Positions 1-13,409 of a stretch of 64,000 nt of DNA are shown here, piece by piece. The stretch is taken from positions 61,275,461-61,339,460 of the forward strand of contig JARDVH010000042.1 of assembly GCA_030324005.1 (NCBI GenBank). The letters are read 5' to 3'. A model generated the notes under the pieces. The model worked only from the letters and a program-made list of their open reading frames with translations. It was not told the DNA's origin and made no database searches. Each line of letters opens with the position of its first letter. Position 1 is the first letter of the stretch. The position numbers and the translations under genes are program-made. The DNA is from Negaprion brevirostris. Lineage: Eukaryota.

Positions 1-43
1 TCCCTCTCTCTCTCTCCCTCTCTCTCCCTCTCTCTCTCTCCCT
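1..43. repeat. (CT)n microsatellite
   Basis: Imperfect tctc repeat, seen directly. Confidence 0.95.
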
Positions 44-2829
44 TGAGCTCTTCACATTTTTTCTCTTTCAGCTAACAATCCAGTACCCTTTTCAGAGACC
101 CAATTGGATAGCTGTCAATGGGGCTTGAGCATTTCCCCACAAGAGAGCAGGGAAAGATGCGATTGACCAACTGTTTTATTAAAATATAACGTTCGTTTGG
201 TATGACTAATGAGAAAGACTTGTTTTGTCTGAACATCCCCATGGAAACAGCAGTGAATCAGAATCCTAGTGTCCCTCATTTGTGCAGCCTGTAAATGGAG
301 GTCTTGCGACCTCTTGGTAGATTCCTTGCTCATCACTTGCTATGAGTTGTCTCAAGGCTGAAGAACCTAACAAAGGATCAGCACAGGGCTTCCACAGACC
401 TGGCTGTTCGTTGTGTCATTGTGGAATATATGGCCAAGATATGACCGATACTAACTTATAATAATGTCAAAGATTAGTTAAACACAGTCAATACTTCCCA
501 ATTGTCAAACAAAGGGAAAACAGAGGGACGATAAGTAAAGCAAAACAGGAAATAAAATCAGTAATTCGAATCCTTAGCAATTCTTCATAATAAATTCTGN
601 NNCTAATAATGCCAGCTACGATGACAAGAACTTCAGGCAATTTTTCTATCAAATGTTGCACAACCTGCTGTGTGTCCCTAACATTTGTTGTCTGAAGGGG
701 CCACTTCAGCATTGGGTATGTTGGATATTTTGAGTTTGGTATGGATGGTCCTCAAATCATGCAGAAACAAATTTGAGTGTTGGCTTCGAGGTGGGGCAGT
801 CAGCTGCAGTGTTTCTCCAAGAGAGGGATCTGCTGTGCAAAAGTTAAGCTGTTTCAGATGCGCTTGTACCTTTTTAGAGCCATGTATAGAACAGCGAAGG
901 CCTTAGGGAGACAAATGCACTAGTGACAACAAAGCATTGTGATGAATGGTTAGTTTTTATGTTGGATTGTTGCTTGATGCTTTATTGCCCACGATGCTTA
1001 AAGCTGAATCATAAGCCGAATGGGTTGCTTTCCAAATAAGGGTGGAGATTAAATTGAGGATCAAAAATAATAAAAGAACAAATTATATCAACACTGCTGC
1101 TAACTTGGATGCTTAATCAACAATAAGAGTGAAGTGAATTAAGCTTATTTATTAGACGCAAGTTGGCTTACAATAATGTAATTATTATATTAAATCACTT
1201 ACATTAATGTGAATCTTTTCAAGTTAGCACTGAAATTGCTCTGCAAGGGAGGTAGGGAAAGTTGACACTTACTACTTTTAGTTTTAGTGCAATGCTATGG
1301 TGTTTACTAAAAAAGACAACAAATGTTAGGAACACATAGCAGGTTGAGCAGGATTTGAAAGAAAAATTTGCTTAAAGTTCTGGTCATCATAGCTGCAGAA
1401 TTTATTATAAAGAATTGCTCAGGATTTGAATTGCTGATTTTTATTTCCTGTTTTGCTTTTCTTATCCTCCGTCTGTGTTTTCCCTTTGTTTGACAAATGG
1501 GAAATGTTGACTGTTTGACTAACCTTTGACATTATTGTAAGTTAGTACTGGTTATGTCTCAGTCGTATACTCCGTCATAATCTTACAGGCCTTGCAGTAC
1601 AATGGTAACACATCCTTTCAGGGAGAGTAAGACCAATGAGCTGAAGCTCAGGTATACTGAAATGGAACATAATGGAGTAAACTTTCATGTCATTAAAAGA
1701 TCATAAAGTACAATAATGTGTGCAGAGTAATTAGTTTTACAGATCTCAAAACCAACTTGTAAATGTACCTTAGATTTAGGATTGTTGGCATAGTTAATAA
1801 TTTGGTACTTTTTGTTTGGATACATCCTCTTTGAAACTTGAATACATACTGACTATGTTTTAATCAGTGATCACAATTGAGCAAAAATACAGTTGAAAGG
1901 ATAGGTTTTCAATGGGAGTTTTCCTGGTCATTCATGTCACTACCTCAATATGGTGAGGTGGCACTGCCTTCTCAACTGCCCTGCTGCCTGAGTCTATCAG
2001 TCCAGAATTCTATATGCCAGCATCTGAATTGGTTGCAGCATGATTCAACTCTAAGTCACTGTGTACGGATCATTACTTGACTTCGAGGAAGGCCTGAATG
2101 CAGAAAATTCAAGTGAGGTTCCATCTTTTCAACACTTGGCATGTATTTTATGCTCAGAATCCTTTTTACCAAACACATGGCAAAATCGATTGAACTGCAG
2201 ATGCGTTTTGGAAATGTGGAGCTTATGTGATAAAATAGCAGCATTCAACTTCCATAAAATGTGAGCTATTTAAGGACTCTTGTGCTTTGTGACATTAATT
2301 TATGATGAGAGGCTGACAGGCAGTTTGCTTTCGAAGAACTGTCTTCAGATTTCATCTGGTTTGGCAGTGAGCCAGAGGTAGAAAGGGAAGCACTAAGATC
2401 CACATTGTTTCTCTCTCTCAAGTGATCCTGTCGTTTTTCGTTTGCCCTCAAGCTTATTTCATGTCAGTAGTAAAATTATTACATGTTCATCTACCTTGTC
2501 AATGAAGCCTGGCACAGCATCTCATTATTCTAACCTGCCAAAACGTAAAACTTCTCGCCCTAATTTGATCTGGTTTTCAAGGTGCTGCATGCCTTTTTAA
2601 TCATGTGGTAAAGTTTTCATTGAAAGCTTGATTTATGAAACGGGAAAGTTTGTGATTGTGAATAAAGGAACTGAATCATATTTAAGAATCTTGTGACTAT
2701 GCGCAAAGAGCACATGAGCAGCTCAATTCAGTGAGCGCACAAGTTATGTAATGTAATGATGCACAGACATGTCTGGAATAGCAGTGGACCAAGAACAAGT
2801 AGCTTTCATTTAAAGTTTAATTAAAGGTT

Positions 2830-3100
2830 GTTTATTAGTCACAGTAGGTTTGCATTAACATGTGCAATGAAGTTGGTGTGAAAATCCCTTAGTCACCACA
2901 CTCTGACGCCTGTTTGGGTACACTGAGAAGGAATTTAGCATGGCCAATGAACGTAACCAGTACATCTTTCAGATTCTGGGAGGAAACTGGAGGACCCGGA
3001 AGAAACCCACGTAGACACGGGGAACTGCAGTGTTCGCACAGACAGTGACCCAAACCAGGAATTGAACCTGGCTCCCTGGTGCTGAGGCAGCAGTGCTGAC
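2830..3100 (-). mobile_element. V-SINE (HE1-like), tail type B
   Basis: Reverse complement of the 32371 copy: tRNA-like head, V-domain (GGGTTTCTTCCGGGTCCTCCAGTTTCCTCCCA) and tail ending TGTGACTAATAAA. Confidence 0.85.
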
Positions 3101-3399
3101 CTATGGTTTGGTAATGATGTACCCGCAATCAAATAGGAGGACTCAGTTGTTTACGTTACTGGTGACTGTTCAAACCAAGTACTGTAAGATGGTCACCAGC
3201 TGTGGAACTGCACCCGAGCAACAAATCGATATCTTTAGGGAAAGTGAGAAAATTATGAAGGAAATCCTGGGTTATTCCACTGGTTTGACTCTAACCTTGA
3301 CCTCAAATCTAATGAGGACAGACATGAATATATCTGGTGAACAACTGGTTTAGCCACACTTAATTCATCTGCCCTTGCAAACTACCACCTCATCATCAA

Positions 3400-4330
3400 C
3401 CTAACTCTTCTGTCCAAAGTCTTTTGAATCTGTCATAACCCAAATCCATGACTATCTTTTCTGTTTTCATATTTGGATGTCTCCAGTCAGGTTTTCAGTA
3501 ATTGCCACAGCACTAATACCAGCCTAATATTAGTCATATATAATACCCTTTGACTGAGACCACATTATATTATCCCTTCTCAGCCTCTCTACAACTTTTG
3601 ATCTACTTTCCAGTCACTGGTACTGTGCACATTTAAATCGGTGCTTGCTTGTCTTGCCTTGAGAAGATTGAAGCATTGTCCTTGGCCCCTTGCCTCCACT
3701 CATGTCTCTGGTTGAGCCAAGTTGTTTCTAATCTGAGCTTTCCGTTTGACCTCCCAAGCTGTATTGCTGGCTCTATATTCCTTTCAGCAAAGACTGTGTC
3801 TACAGGTACTTCCAAACATTTGTTTTTCAACCCACCTGTTGCTGAAAACTGATTAGTGCCTTTGTCATCTTCACATTGCACTATTGTAGTGCTCTCCTGG
3901 CCTATCTCTCATTCTCTATAATTTGGAAATTTCACCTCATCCTGAACTCTGCAGTCAGCGTTCCTCCCCACCCCAGTTCACATTTCTTCATCAACTCTGT
4001 GGTCTCAACCCTACTTCAGCTTGTGTTGCCCTATAAGTCTCAAATTTAAGATTTCACTTCATGCCTCTCCTTCCCAACCCTACTTTGGATTTGTCTATCT
4101 CTGGCTTGTGCATCCCATACATTTTGCTCCAGCGTTGACAGCTATGAAGTGAGCCACTCAGGCACAGTGCTCAAGAATTTCCATCCTACAACCCTCCATT
4201 TCTTTCCAGTTTAAAACAATCTTCCAAGCTTAATAGCTCTTCTATTGCTCATTGCTGTTGATTCTTATTTATACCTCTGAAAAGCTTGTCTGCCTTTAAA
4301 GTGCTATGTGAGTCTGAGTCATTGTGGTTG
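3400..4330 (+). mobile_element. Old L2-like LINE fragments
   Basis: Degenerate RT-like stretch (cagtcaggttttcagtaattgccacagcact, similar to QSGFR..HST) and a C/T-rich L2-type 3' region. Confidence 0.5.
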
Positions 4331-4589
4331 ATTTTGGAAGAAAATCTGACTTGCTGAGAATTATGTTAAAGGTCCAATTAAAATTTATTTAAATTTACTG
4401 TTTGAAATGAACATTGAATTTTTCACTATAGTATAAGATAAATTTAGATAAAAGTCCAGCTTAAACAAGTTAGGTATCTCTTCATGCTAGAACAAAATAT
4501 AATGGACCTCTAAAGCACTTTCTTTTCCCATATTCAGATAGTAAATTAATACTTTGTTCTTCAGGCTGAAAATGAGATAAATGTTATTT

Positions 4590-5845
4590 TAATTAAGTAA
4601 CTTAATTTGATGTATTCATATTTCTCATTGACATGCTTCCTCTTGGGGACATCATCCAAAAATATGTGAAGTTGTACATGTATGCTGATGACATCCAGCC
4701 CCACCTCCATTGCCTGTTGTCTTCTGTCTAATTTGCTACAATGTTTCCCCTTTATCTGGTCCTGGATGAGCAAGAATTTCATGCAAACTAAATGTTGAGA
4801 ATACCAAAGTCATGATTTTTGGTTCCATCACTCCTGAAGGTTGCTGCCTGGCATAAACCAGACTATTCCTAACCCTTGGTGTTTGATTTGACTCTTAAGA
4901 TAAGCTTTCAACCTCATCGCTGCTCCATTGCTAAGACTGCTCAATTACACGTCCAAAACATCACACATCTGTGTCCCTATTATACCTTGTGCTGTAACCC
5001 TTAACTTGTTGCTTAGATACTTGGATATTCCAGTGCTCTGCTGACTGCCCCCAACCATCTATTTCCCCCCATTACCCCCACATCTTCCACCCTCTCGACT
5101 TAAGCTCATCCAAAACTCTGCTGACACTATCATAACTTGTCCTNNNNNNNNNNNNNNNNNNNNNNNNNNNNNNNNNNNNNNNNNNNNNNNNNNNNNNNNN
5201 NNNNNNNNNNNNNNNNNNNNNNNNNNNNNNNNNNNNNNNNNNNNNNNNNNNNNNNNNNNNNNNNNNNNNNNNNNNNNNNNNNNNNNNNNNNNNNNNNNNN
5301 NNNNNNNNNNNNNNNNNNNNNNNNNNNNNNNNNNNNNNNNNNNNNNNNNNNNNNNNNNNNNNNNNNNNNNNNNNNNNNNNNNNNNNNNNNNNNNNNNNNN
5401 NNNNNNNNNNNNNNNNNNNNNNNNNNNNNNNNNNNNNNNNNNNNNNNNNNNNNNNNNNNNNNNNNNNNNNNNNNNNNNNNNNNNNNNNNNNNNNNNNNNN
5501 NNNNNNNNNNNNNNNNNNNNNNNNNNNNNNNNNNNNNNNNNNNNNNNNNNNNNNNNNNNNNNNNNNNNNNNNNNNNNNNNNNNNNNNNNNNNACCAACCC
5601 TCCAAGATCCCTGCATTCCAATTCTGGTCTCTTGGTCACTCCAATGATAACTCTATCTTTAGCATCTTGGGGCCCTAGATCTGCAATTCCAGCCCTAAGT
5701 CTCCCTATCTTCCTCATGTCGTTTGATGACATTCTCCAAAACCTACTTAGTTGCCCTAATTTTTCTTCATGTGGCTTGCTGTCAAATTTTGTTTGAAGTT
5801 ACTATGAAGGACTTTGGGACATTTTACTGTGTTAAATAAATGCAG
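4590..5845 (+). mobile_element. L2-clade LINE 3' fragment (interrupted by N gap)
   Basis: YADD codons TATGCTGATGAC at 4681, LKLIQNSA-like motif at 5100, and L2-type tail (ctttgggacattttactgtgttaaa...tgcaggttgtggttg). Confidence 0.7.
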
Positions 5846-7965
5846 GTTGTGGTTGGTGTTGTTACCAACTAACTTGATTTTTATTTGTTCAAAAGAATGG
5901 CTGCATGAACAATAGTAAACTCTATGAACTCGTTGCAAATGCAGAGAAACAATAGTCTCCTGAAAGCCATGGCTACCTTTGTGAAATGTGAGTGGTTTGC
6001 AGATGTTTATCTTCAATTATTTATCATAGGTTACAGAGCAGAGGGGCTGTTCAGCTCATCTGCACCAGCCAGAGAAGAGGGAAAAAAAGGTAGCTGCTCA
6101 TTTCTCAGTGCACACTCTGTAGCCTTGCAGGTTGCATATTCCAGATAAGGTGCAGATCTCAGTGCCTTTTTAATTGAGTGCTTTTGTGTTCACGGTAACT
6201 TCTTTGAATTTCAAATTGCAGATGTGGTTGGGGCTGTATTATGTTTCGCTTTGAATTCGTGTGTCACTGCAATGGTATGAAGTTGTTGAAAGTATTGTTG
6301 CAGATCCTATAATATCAGTGCACGAAGCCCATTTAGTTTCCACCAGCACTCATGTTGTATGAAACTTTGACATGATAGCTGAGTGCAGTGATCTGTGCTG
6401 ACATTCTCCCTTAATATGGGGGCTGAAACAGAGGCCAGTGGGCACAGAAAATTGCACTGCTGTCTGTCATGCTGGCTTGTTATCACGGTTGACAGTTTAC
6501 AATTTTGCAGAGGAGGGATGGAAGGTAGGACACAGCATCCTGCCTGATTTGAATCAAAATAAAGTTGAGCTTGCAAACAAGTAGGCTGATTGAGGGCCAA
6601 TTTCATGTTTTTGTGAAGACACATGGGTTTCACAATGGATCTGGAACAGTCTTTGNNNNNNNNNACTTGCACATTCTCTAGGTTTTTTCACCTCTCTGTC
6701 ACTGAGTTTGTCACCAGCGCTACCTGGCAATGTTCTATTGCTGCCTCTTAGAAAATAGTGCGGTTGGGGTGATGGTGCACTCGTCCTCCGATGTGAATGC
6801 ACTCTGCTTTGCATTGTGTACCCTCTTCTCCTGCAAGGACGTAAGGGAGAAATGAGGCAAAATTGGCCCCTCACCATTGTCAGAGATTGCATTGAAGATG
6901 CCAGGTCCTCAGAACTCTAAACCTTGCATGTGGGTCAGTAATTACCCTTGGTATGAAACTTTCCCTGTTCAGAAGCACCATGCATCCTTTGCCAGACAAC
7001 ACATGTCAAACAGTGCTCGAGGCATTAATGATACAGGTGGGTAGGAAGAGAGGCCCTCAAGGACAATCCTCTGAAGGGATTGGGTGAAAGTGCTGGCAAT
7101 TCAACAGAGTCTGGTGCTGCCAACCTACCAGCAGCACCACAACACAGTCTAATGACCTCACAAGGTTGGGTAAAATCTGTGAATGCTCTTTCATATTACT
7201 GTAAATTATACAATTCTAAAGGAGCAGAGAGCCTGGGGTTGTATGTGCACAAAGCATTCAAAATGGAAGAGAAGGTTTAGAAAGCAATTAATAAAACTTG
7301 TAAGTGATTCTGGTCTTTATAAATAGTAACAGTTCAGAATAAAGAAAAGCGAGTGTCAGAATCCACAGTTAGTATCTAATGGAGGTGGTATACAAATTGG
7401 TAAACAGCCTAAAGCCTATTCCCTTCCAGATGAGCTAGATTAAAATTATCTTTGTTAGAAGCCATGAAGATTACAAACTCACGCACTCCTAATATTGGTC
7501 TAGAGTGTGATTTTGGACATTGACAGAAGAATATCTTCGCTTTAATGAATGGGTAGATTTCTCTGCAAAGAAGAAAGTTGATAAGATCCTATTTTGAGTT
7601 ATGAATAGCATCAATTATTAATCCAGGATTTACACCAATCTCAGCCCAAAGACTAACTTGAAACAAAAATCTTGTACTATCTGACTGTCCTTGCAAATGA
7701 AAATTACTTTGTACATGCTTTTATTTGTTCATGTGTGGCGTGATTGTTGCTAACTGAACTTCAAATTATTGAAAATTGCCTGTTATTTTTCAGATCTCTC
7801 AATTTGCAACAAAGTAATTGGCTTTTTTCCACATGCCTTGCATGAGAAAGAAAAAGGAAATGATAGCAGAAAACTCACTTTACGTTAGGATGTCACGACT
7901 GCTTTTTAAGGTGCTGAATATTGCAAGGGAAAAGATTTTTAATATTTTTAAAAATTCCTTTACAG

Positions 7966-8051
7966 AACAAAGCAGAAGAGATGACTTAGAAGCATTAGGT
8001 CACATGTTCATGTATTTCCTCCGTGGCAGTCTTCCTTGGCAGGGCCTTAAG
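7966..8051 (+). CDS. CSNK1G3: Casein kinase 1 gamma 3, internal exon (kinase subdomain IX: (E)[28 protein letters not shown])
   Basis: Acceptor ttccttta­cag| ends at 7965. The translation is the CK1 hallmark SRRDDLE...LPWQGLK. Donor is AAG|GCAGGT (GC type), with an equivalent GT donor 4 nt downstream. Confidence 0.96.
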
Positions 8052-8153
8052 GCAGGTTTTTTTTCTCACTCTCCAATTTTCCAAACCAAACTACTCAATT
8101 CCAGGTGAGCATTGCTGTGGTAACGACATTGCTGCGTTCACTTCCTTTTCCAG

Positions 8154-8238
8154 GCAGACACATTAAAAGAAAGATATCAGAAGATTGGGGACACCAAACG
8201 AGCAACACCAGTCGAAGTGTTGTGTGAAAACTTTCCAG
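8154..8238 (+). CDS. CSNK1G3: CK1 gamma 3 exon [28 protein letters not shown]
   Basis: Acceptor cttccttttccag| and donor CCAG|gtaact. In frame with the previous exon and matches the CK1-gamma sequence as recalled. Confidence 0.96.
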
Positions 8239-8921
8239 GTAACTTTAAATCACTCAACAGTCCCAGTGATTCTCGGGTTTCCAGAAGTCTAGATACTATT
8301 TGCCACTTAACTTCAATGCAGTGCACAAGGTTTATACAATTCTCTATTGATAGCTAATGGTGCTGATGTATCCTCATTGTCCTTTCATGGAGAAAGAAAA
8401 GTGAAGGCAGTAAAATCAAACGATTTGAATTTTAGTTTGTATATGTACATTAAGATCTGAGTTTTTTTCAGTTGAGGTCAGGTTTAAAGGGTGAATGTTT
8501 TTTGCCGATCTGGTGGTGTTACTCAGATGTGTGGACTTCATGCAGCTGACGGGATCCAAAGCTAAATTTTTTTTGAAAGCTCCTAAGGATTGTCCAAAAT
8601 GCTGCCATTGCATTTGTGGTATAGTAAGACACACAGCTCAAACAAGGTTACAAGGAGATTGACTGACTGTGGAGTTGATGAGAAAATGAATGAAAACAGC
8701 ACCTTGGTTATAACGTAGAAACAGTGAGTCTGAAGTTTCCCAAGTTTTAAAAGATTGGGACAAAAGAAGGAGAATTCTGTTGACATGTTGCGTTTTGCAT
8801 CCTACATCTGGTTCTCTCAAGAGCACTGCAGAAATTGCTGGATTTGTAAACTCCAATGATGATTTTTTCCTTGTCTACACACTGAAAAAACATTTTGAAT
8901 ACGTGTATATTTTGAACTTTC

Positions 8922-9634
8922 TCATTTGTTCGTGGGATGAGAATACAGCTGGCAAGGCCAGCATTTATTGCCATTGCAGGTGCTGATGAGCCACTGCCCA
9001 GAATTACTGCAATTCATGTCATGTAAATATATCCACACTGCCAGTAGAAAAGGAATTCCAGGATTTGACCCAGTGACACTGAATATTTTTATAGTTGTAG
9101 ATATCGTTCCTAACCTGAATGGTGTGTGACTTTGAGGAGAACTTGTGTAGGTATTATGCATGGGTACTGTGCATCTTTGCCTTTGTCTAGGTGGTCAAGT
9201 TTGTCGGGGGTCTGCAAGGTGCTGTCACAGGAGCTTTCAGTTGGTGCAGTGCACCGAGTAAACAGTACAAATCACTGCTATAGTCCCTGTTGGTAAACGG
9301 AGTGAATCTATAAGGTGGTGGATGAGGTGCAAATCAAATAGGCNNNNNNNNNNCCTGAGTGGCTCGAGTGTTGCTGGAGCTGTACTCACCCAGGCAAGTG
9401 GAGAGTATTCCATCATACTCCTGACTTGTGCTTGTAGATGGTGGACAGGCTTTGGGGAGTCAACAGGTCAATTGATGGCTGCAAATTCCTAGCCTCTGAC
9501 CTGTGCTTGTAGCCACAGTATTTATAAGGCTAGTCCAGTTCAGTTTCTGGGTAATGGTGACCTCTGTGGATGTTGATGGTAGAAGATTCAGTGACAATTC
9601 TGTTGAATGCCAAGGGTAGGCAATTAGAACATAA
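8922..9634 (-). mobile_element. CR1/L2-group LINE 3' portion
   Basis: Starts with the reverse complement of the recurring tail GGCAATAAATGCTGGCC...CATCCCA, followed by degenerate post-RT coding sequence. Similar to 42880-43660. Confidence 0.75.
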
Positions 9635-10439
9635 NNNNNNNNNNNNNNNNNNNNNNNNNNNNNNNNNNNNNNNNNNNNNNNNNNNNNNNNNNNNNNNNNN
9701 NNNNNNNNNNNNNNNNNNNNNNNNNNNNNNNNNNNNNNNNNNNNNNNNNNNNNNNNNNNNNNNNNNNNNNNNNNNNNNNNNNNNNNNNNNNNNNNNNNNN
9801 NNNNNNNNNNNNNNNNNNNNNNNNNNNNNNNNNNNNNNNNNNNNNNNNNNNNNNNNNNNNNNNNNNNNNNNNNNNNNNNNNNNNNNNNNNNNNNNNNNNN
9901 NNNNNNNNNNNNNNNNNNNNNNNNNNNNNNNNNNNNNNNNNNNNNNNNNNNNNNNNNNNNNNNNNNNNNNNNNNNNNNNNNNNNNNNNNNNNNNNNNNNN
10001 NNNNNNNNNNNNNNNNNNNNNNNNNNNNNNNNNNNNNNNNNNNNNNNNNNNNNNNNNNNNNNNNNNNNNNNNNNNNNNNNNNNNNNNNNNNNNNNNNNNN
10101 NNNNNNNNNNNNNNNNNNNNNNNNNNNNNNNNNNNNNNNNNNNNNNNNNNNNNNNNNNNNNNNNNNNNNNNNNNNNNNNNNNNNNNNNNNNNNNNNNNNN
10201 NNNNNNNNNNNNNNNNNNNNNNNNNNNNNNNNNNNNNNNNNNNNNNNNNNNNNNNNNNNNNNNNNNNNNNNNNNNNNNNNNNNNNNNNNNNNNNCAAAAA
10301 TGCTTTTAAATGATTTAAACAGTTCTACAAGGTAAGTTCTTACTACGAAAGTGCTTTAAACTTATTTAAACGGGTTTTTAACAGGTAATTTCTTATCTGT
10401 CTCTCTGCTCCTTCACTCGTCTGCTCCAGCACACAATGG

Positions 10440-10620
10440 ATTCTCCTTTATTGGAGATGGTAATTGCCTCACTATGGGTGCACATTACTGTGGCTGTACC
10501 TGCATCACATGGATTGCAGCATTTCAAGAAGGCAGCTCACTCCCCTTCTTCGAGGACAGTTAAAGATGGGCAATAAGTGCTCACAGAGGCACGAATGCCC
10601 ACATCTCTTGAATGAACAAA
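10440..10620 (+). mobile_element. 3' tail fragment of the same LINE family
   Basis: ttcaagaaggcagctcac...gatgggcaataagtgct...gcccacatc. Confidence 0.65.
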
Positions 10621-10629
10621 ATAGCACTT

Positions 10630-11965
10630 ATGTGGCACAAATGTTGTTTGCCATTGATCAGGCCATCCTGAATATTGTCCAAGTCTTCCTGCATTTGGGC
10701 ATGTACCGTTTCAGTAACTGAAAAATCATGAATGGGACTGATTACTGTATTTGTCAGAGAACACCCCCACTTCTGACCTAATGATGGGGCGAAGGCAATG
10801 AAGCAGTTGAAAATGGTAGGCCTAGGACACTATATGCTGAGGAATTCTTGTAGTGATGTCTTGAAACTGAGATGATTGGCCTCCAACAATTAGAACCATC
10901 TTCCTTTGTGCTAGGTATGACTCCAGCTGGAGTTTCTCCTGATTCCGTTGACTTCATTTTTACTCGGCTCCTTGATGCCATTTTTGGCTAAAATGCTCTC
11001 TTGACATTAAGGGCTTCCTCCCCATCTCTAGAAGACAGCTCACTACCCAGTGTGAGCTGCTCCATCCATGTTTCTGGCAAGGATATGAAGAAGTCTGGAG
11101 CCAAGTGCCTCGGACAGGGCCCAAGCTGAGCATCCGTGAGCATGTTATTGCAGAGTAAATGCCACTTGGTAGCACTGTCAACAAACTCTTCTATCACACT
11201 GCTGCTGATTGAGAGGTAGCTTCTGGGGCCGTAATTAGCTGAATTGGATTTGTCCTACTTTTTGTAGGTAGAATGTACTTGGCTATTTTCTGCATGGAGG
11301 ATGTCAGTGTTGTAGCTGTCCACACTAGTTCTGGAACGCAAGTTTTCACCATTAAATGCATTTGCAGCATCCAGTGCATTCAGATTGTTTTTTAGTGTCG
11401 TGAATCAGAAGATACTGGCTGAAGGCTAATTGTAATGCTGGGGCCTCGGGCTGAGACTCGGATGGATCCACTCACCACTTTCGCTGAATGCTGATTGGAG
11501 ATATTTAAGTCTCATCCTTTGCCCTGACCTGCTGGGCAGCCACACATTGTGCAAATTTCTGGAACCTCATCCTCTGCTAAGTTGTTTAATTATCTACTGC
11601 CATTCATGATTGCATTTGACCGGACTGCAGAGCTTTGATCAGATCCGTTGGTTGTGGGATTACTTCGCTCTGAATTATGGCACACTGCTTTAGCTATTCC
11701 GCGTACTATTGCCTGTGTTGTTGCTTCACCGGAATTGGCACCTCATTTTTTAGTTCTGCACATGCCATGCTCTCTGCCACTTCTCCTTGCACCAGAGTTG
11801 GTTCCCTTGGTATGGTAATGCGCAGAGTGTAAGATATGCAAGATCATGGCATTGCAGAATGCAGTTCCATTGCTGCTAATGGTCCACAGAGCCACAGCCA
11901 AATTTTGAGCTGCTCAATCTGTTCTGAATCTATCCCTTTTAGCACAGTTGCACTGTTGCACATGA
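10630..11965 (-). mobile_element. Decayed CR1/L2-group LINE ORF2 fragment
   Basis: The minus strand shows RT-region relics (PTKSRTNPIQLITAP, SAYSVLGLPFS) homologous to 20560-21600. Confidence 0.65.
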
Positions 11966-11977
11966 TGGAATTTTTTT

Positions 11978-12237
11978 TCATTAGTGCCAGAAGTAGCCAT
12001 ATGTCAACACTGCAATGAAGTACTGTAAAAATCCCCTAGTCACCACATTCCGGCATCTGTTTGGGTATACTGGGGGAGAATTTAGCATGGCACCGAACCA
12101 GCACGTCTTTCAGACTATGGGAGGACCCGGAGGAACTCAACGCAAACATGGGAGAACCTGCAAAGTCCACACAGACACTGACCCAAGCTAGGAATTGAAT
12201 ATCAGTCCCTTGTGCTGTGGGGAAGCAGTGCTAACCA
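11978..12237 (-). mobile_element. V-SINE (HE1-like), tail type B
   Basis: Homologous to 2830-3100 and 32371-32654. Confidence 0.85.
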
Positions 12238-12292
12238 GAGGAATCTGTCCTCAATATGCTGGACCCTGGCCGTACATGGCCACTGATCAACA

Positions 12293-12545
12293 AGGTGGTT
12301 AGCACCAGATTCAATTCCTGTCACTGTCTTTGTGGAGCATGCACATTCTCCCTGTGTCTGCTCCAGTTTCCTCCCACAGTCCAAAGATGTGCGGGTTGGT
12401 TTGATTGGCCATGCTAAATTGACCGTTAGCGTCAGGTGGATGAGCAGGTAAAATGTGTGGGGTTGCGGGAATAGGCCAGGGTGGTGTCGTGGTTGATGCA
12501 GACTTGGTGGGCCAAATGGCCTCCTTTTGTACAGTTGGAATTCTA
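12293..12545 (+). mobile_element. V-SINE (HE1-like), tail type A (CR1-like tail), internally deleted head
   Basis: gtggttagcac...cacattctccctgtgtctg...ctcccacagtccaaagatgtgcggg...gggccaaatggcctcc. Confidence 0.85.
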
Positions 12546-13409
12546 AGGTGAGGTACAAGCTCATTGAAATTGTCCTTGAAAATATATTCATGACAAAAAT
12601 GAGAGGTTCCGTTTTATTTTGGTTGCTTAATGTTTATATATAGTTGAATATCTGATCTCTGTCTAGTCCGTGGTAAATTTGTCACCTTTTTATTCCTGTC
12701 TACTGGTGCAAAGTGAGTCTGCACATTTAATGTTATAACTTTTTCATTTATATCACGAATGCAAAAGAAATCAGAAATCTGTTGGACACCATATGACTGC
12801 AGTATCTCATACTTGCCTGACTTTAACCTGTGAACGATTTGGGATATAAAATCTCTATCAAAGATGTTTTTTTTACAATTCTTCCGTGTTTCTTTTGTAT
12901 TACATTTGGGAACAGATAAACAATTAAATGTTTTTTTTTGGGATTACTTGAAAATTTGTAAGAATACAAAAGGGAAATTCATGTTTTTAACTAACATGCT
13001 GCATTCTCCATCTTCTAAAAGCAATGTAAAATATGAGATGCTGACAGCAAAATGTCTGGAGAGAATTCCTTTTCATATTTAGTTAATTTTGTCCTATTTN
13101 NNNNNNNNNNNNNNNNNNNNNNGACAGTCTTTTTAAACTGGAGGAAGTGTTTGCTACAAACAGTTTATAACGTAAGAATTACAAACATGGAACATAATAT
13201 CTTCTAACTAAATTATTTATAATTTGTGATGTGATTAAAAACAGTGCAATGCTGTGAAGGATTTGTACAGATGAGGTTTTATTAAACCCCTTTGTTTTAA
13301 TAATGTTTAAAATGCATTTTTAATTCAGTTTTAAAATAGAGGATATTTGCCGATGTCTTTTTAACATTTGCTAACTTTGAGCTGTAGTGGGTTTTGTTTG
13401 GACTACCTG

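Noticed and set aside
2325-2355. Minus-strand CTGAAGA...GAAA spacing (a similar case near 31505-31540)
   Set aside because: No stem II pairing and no properly placed NUH with stem I.
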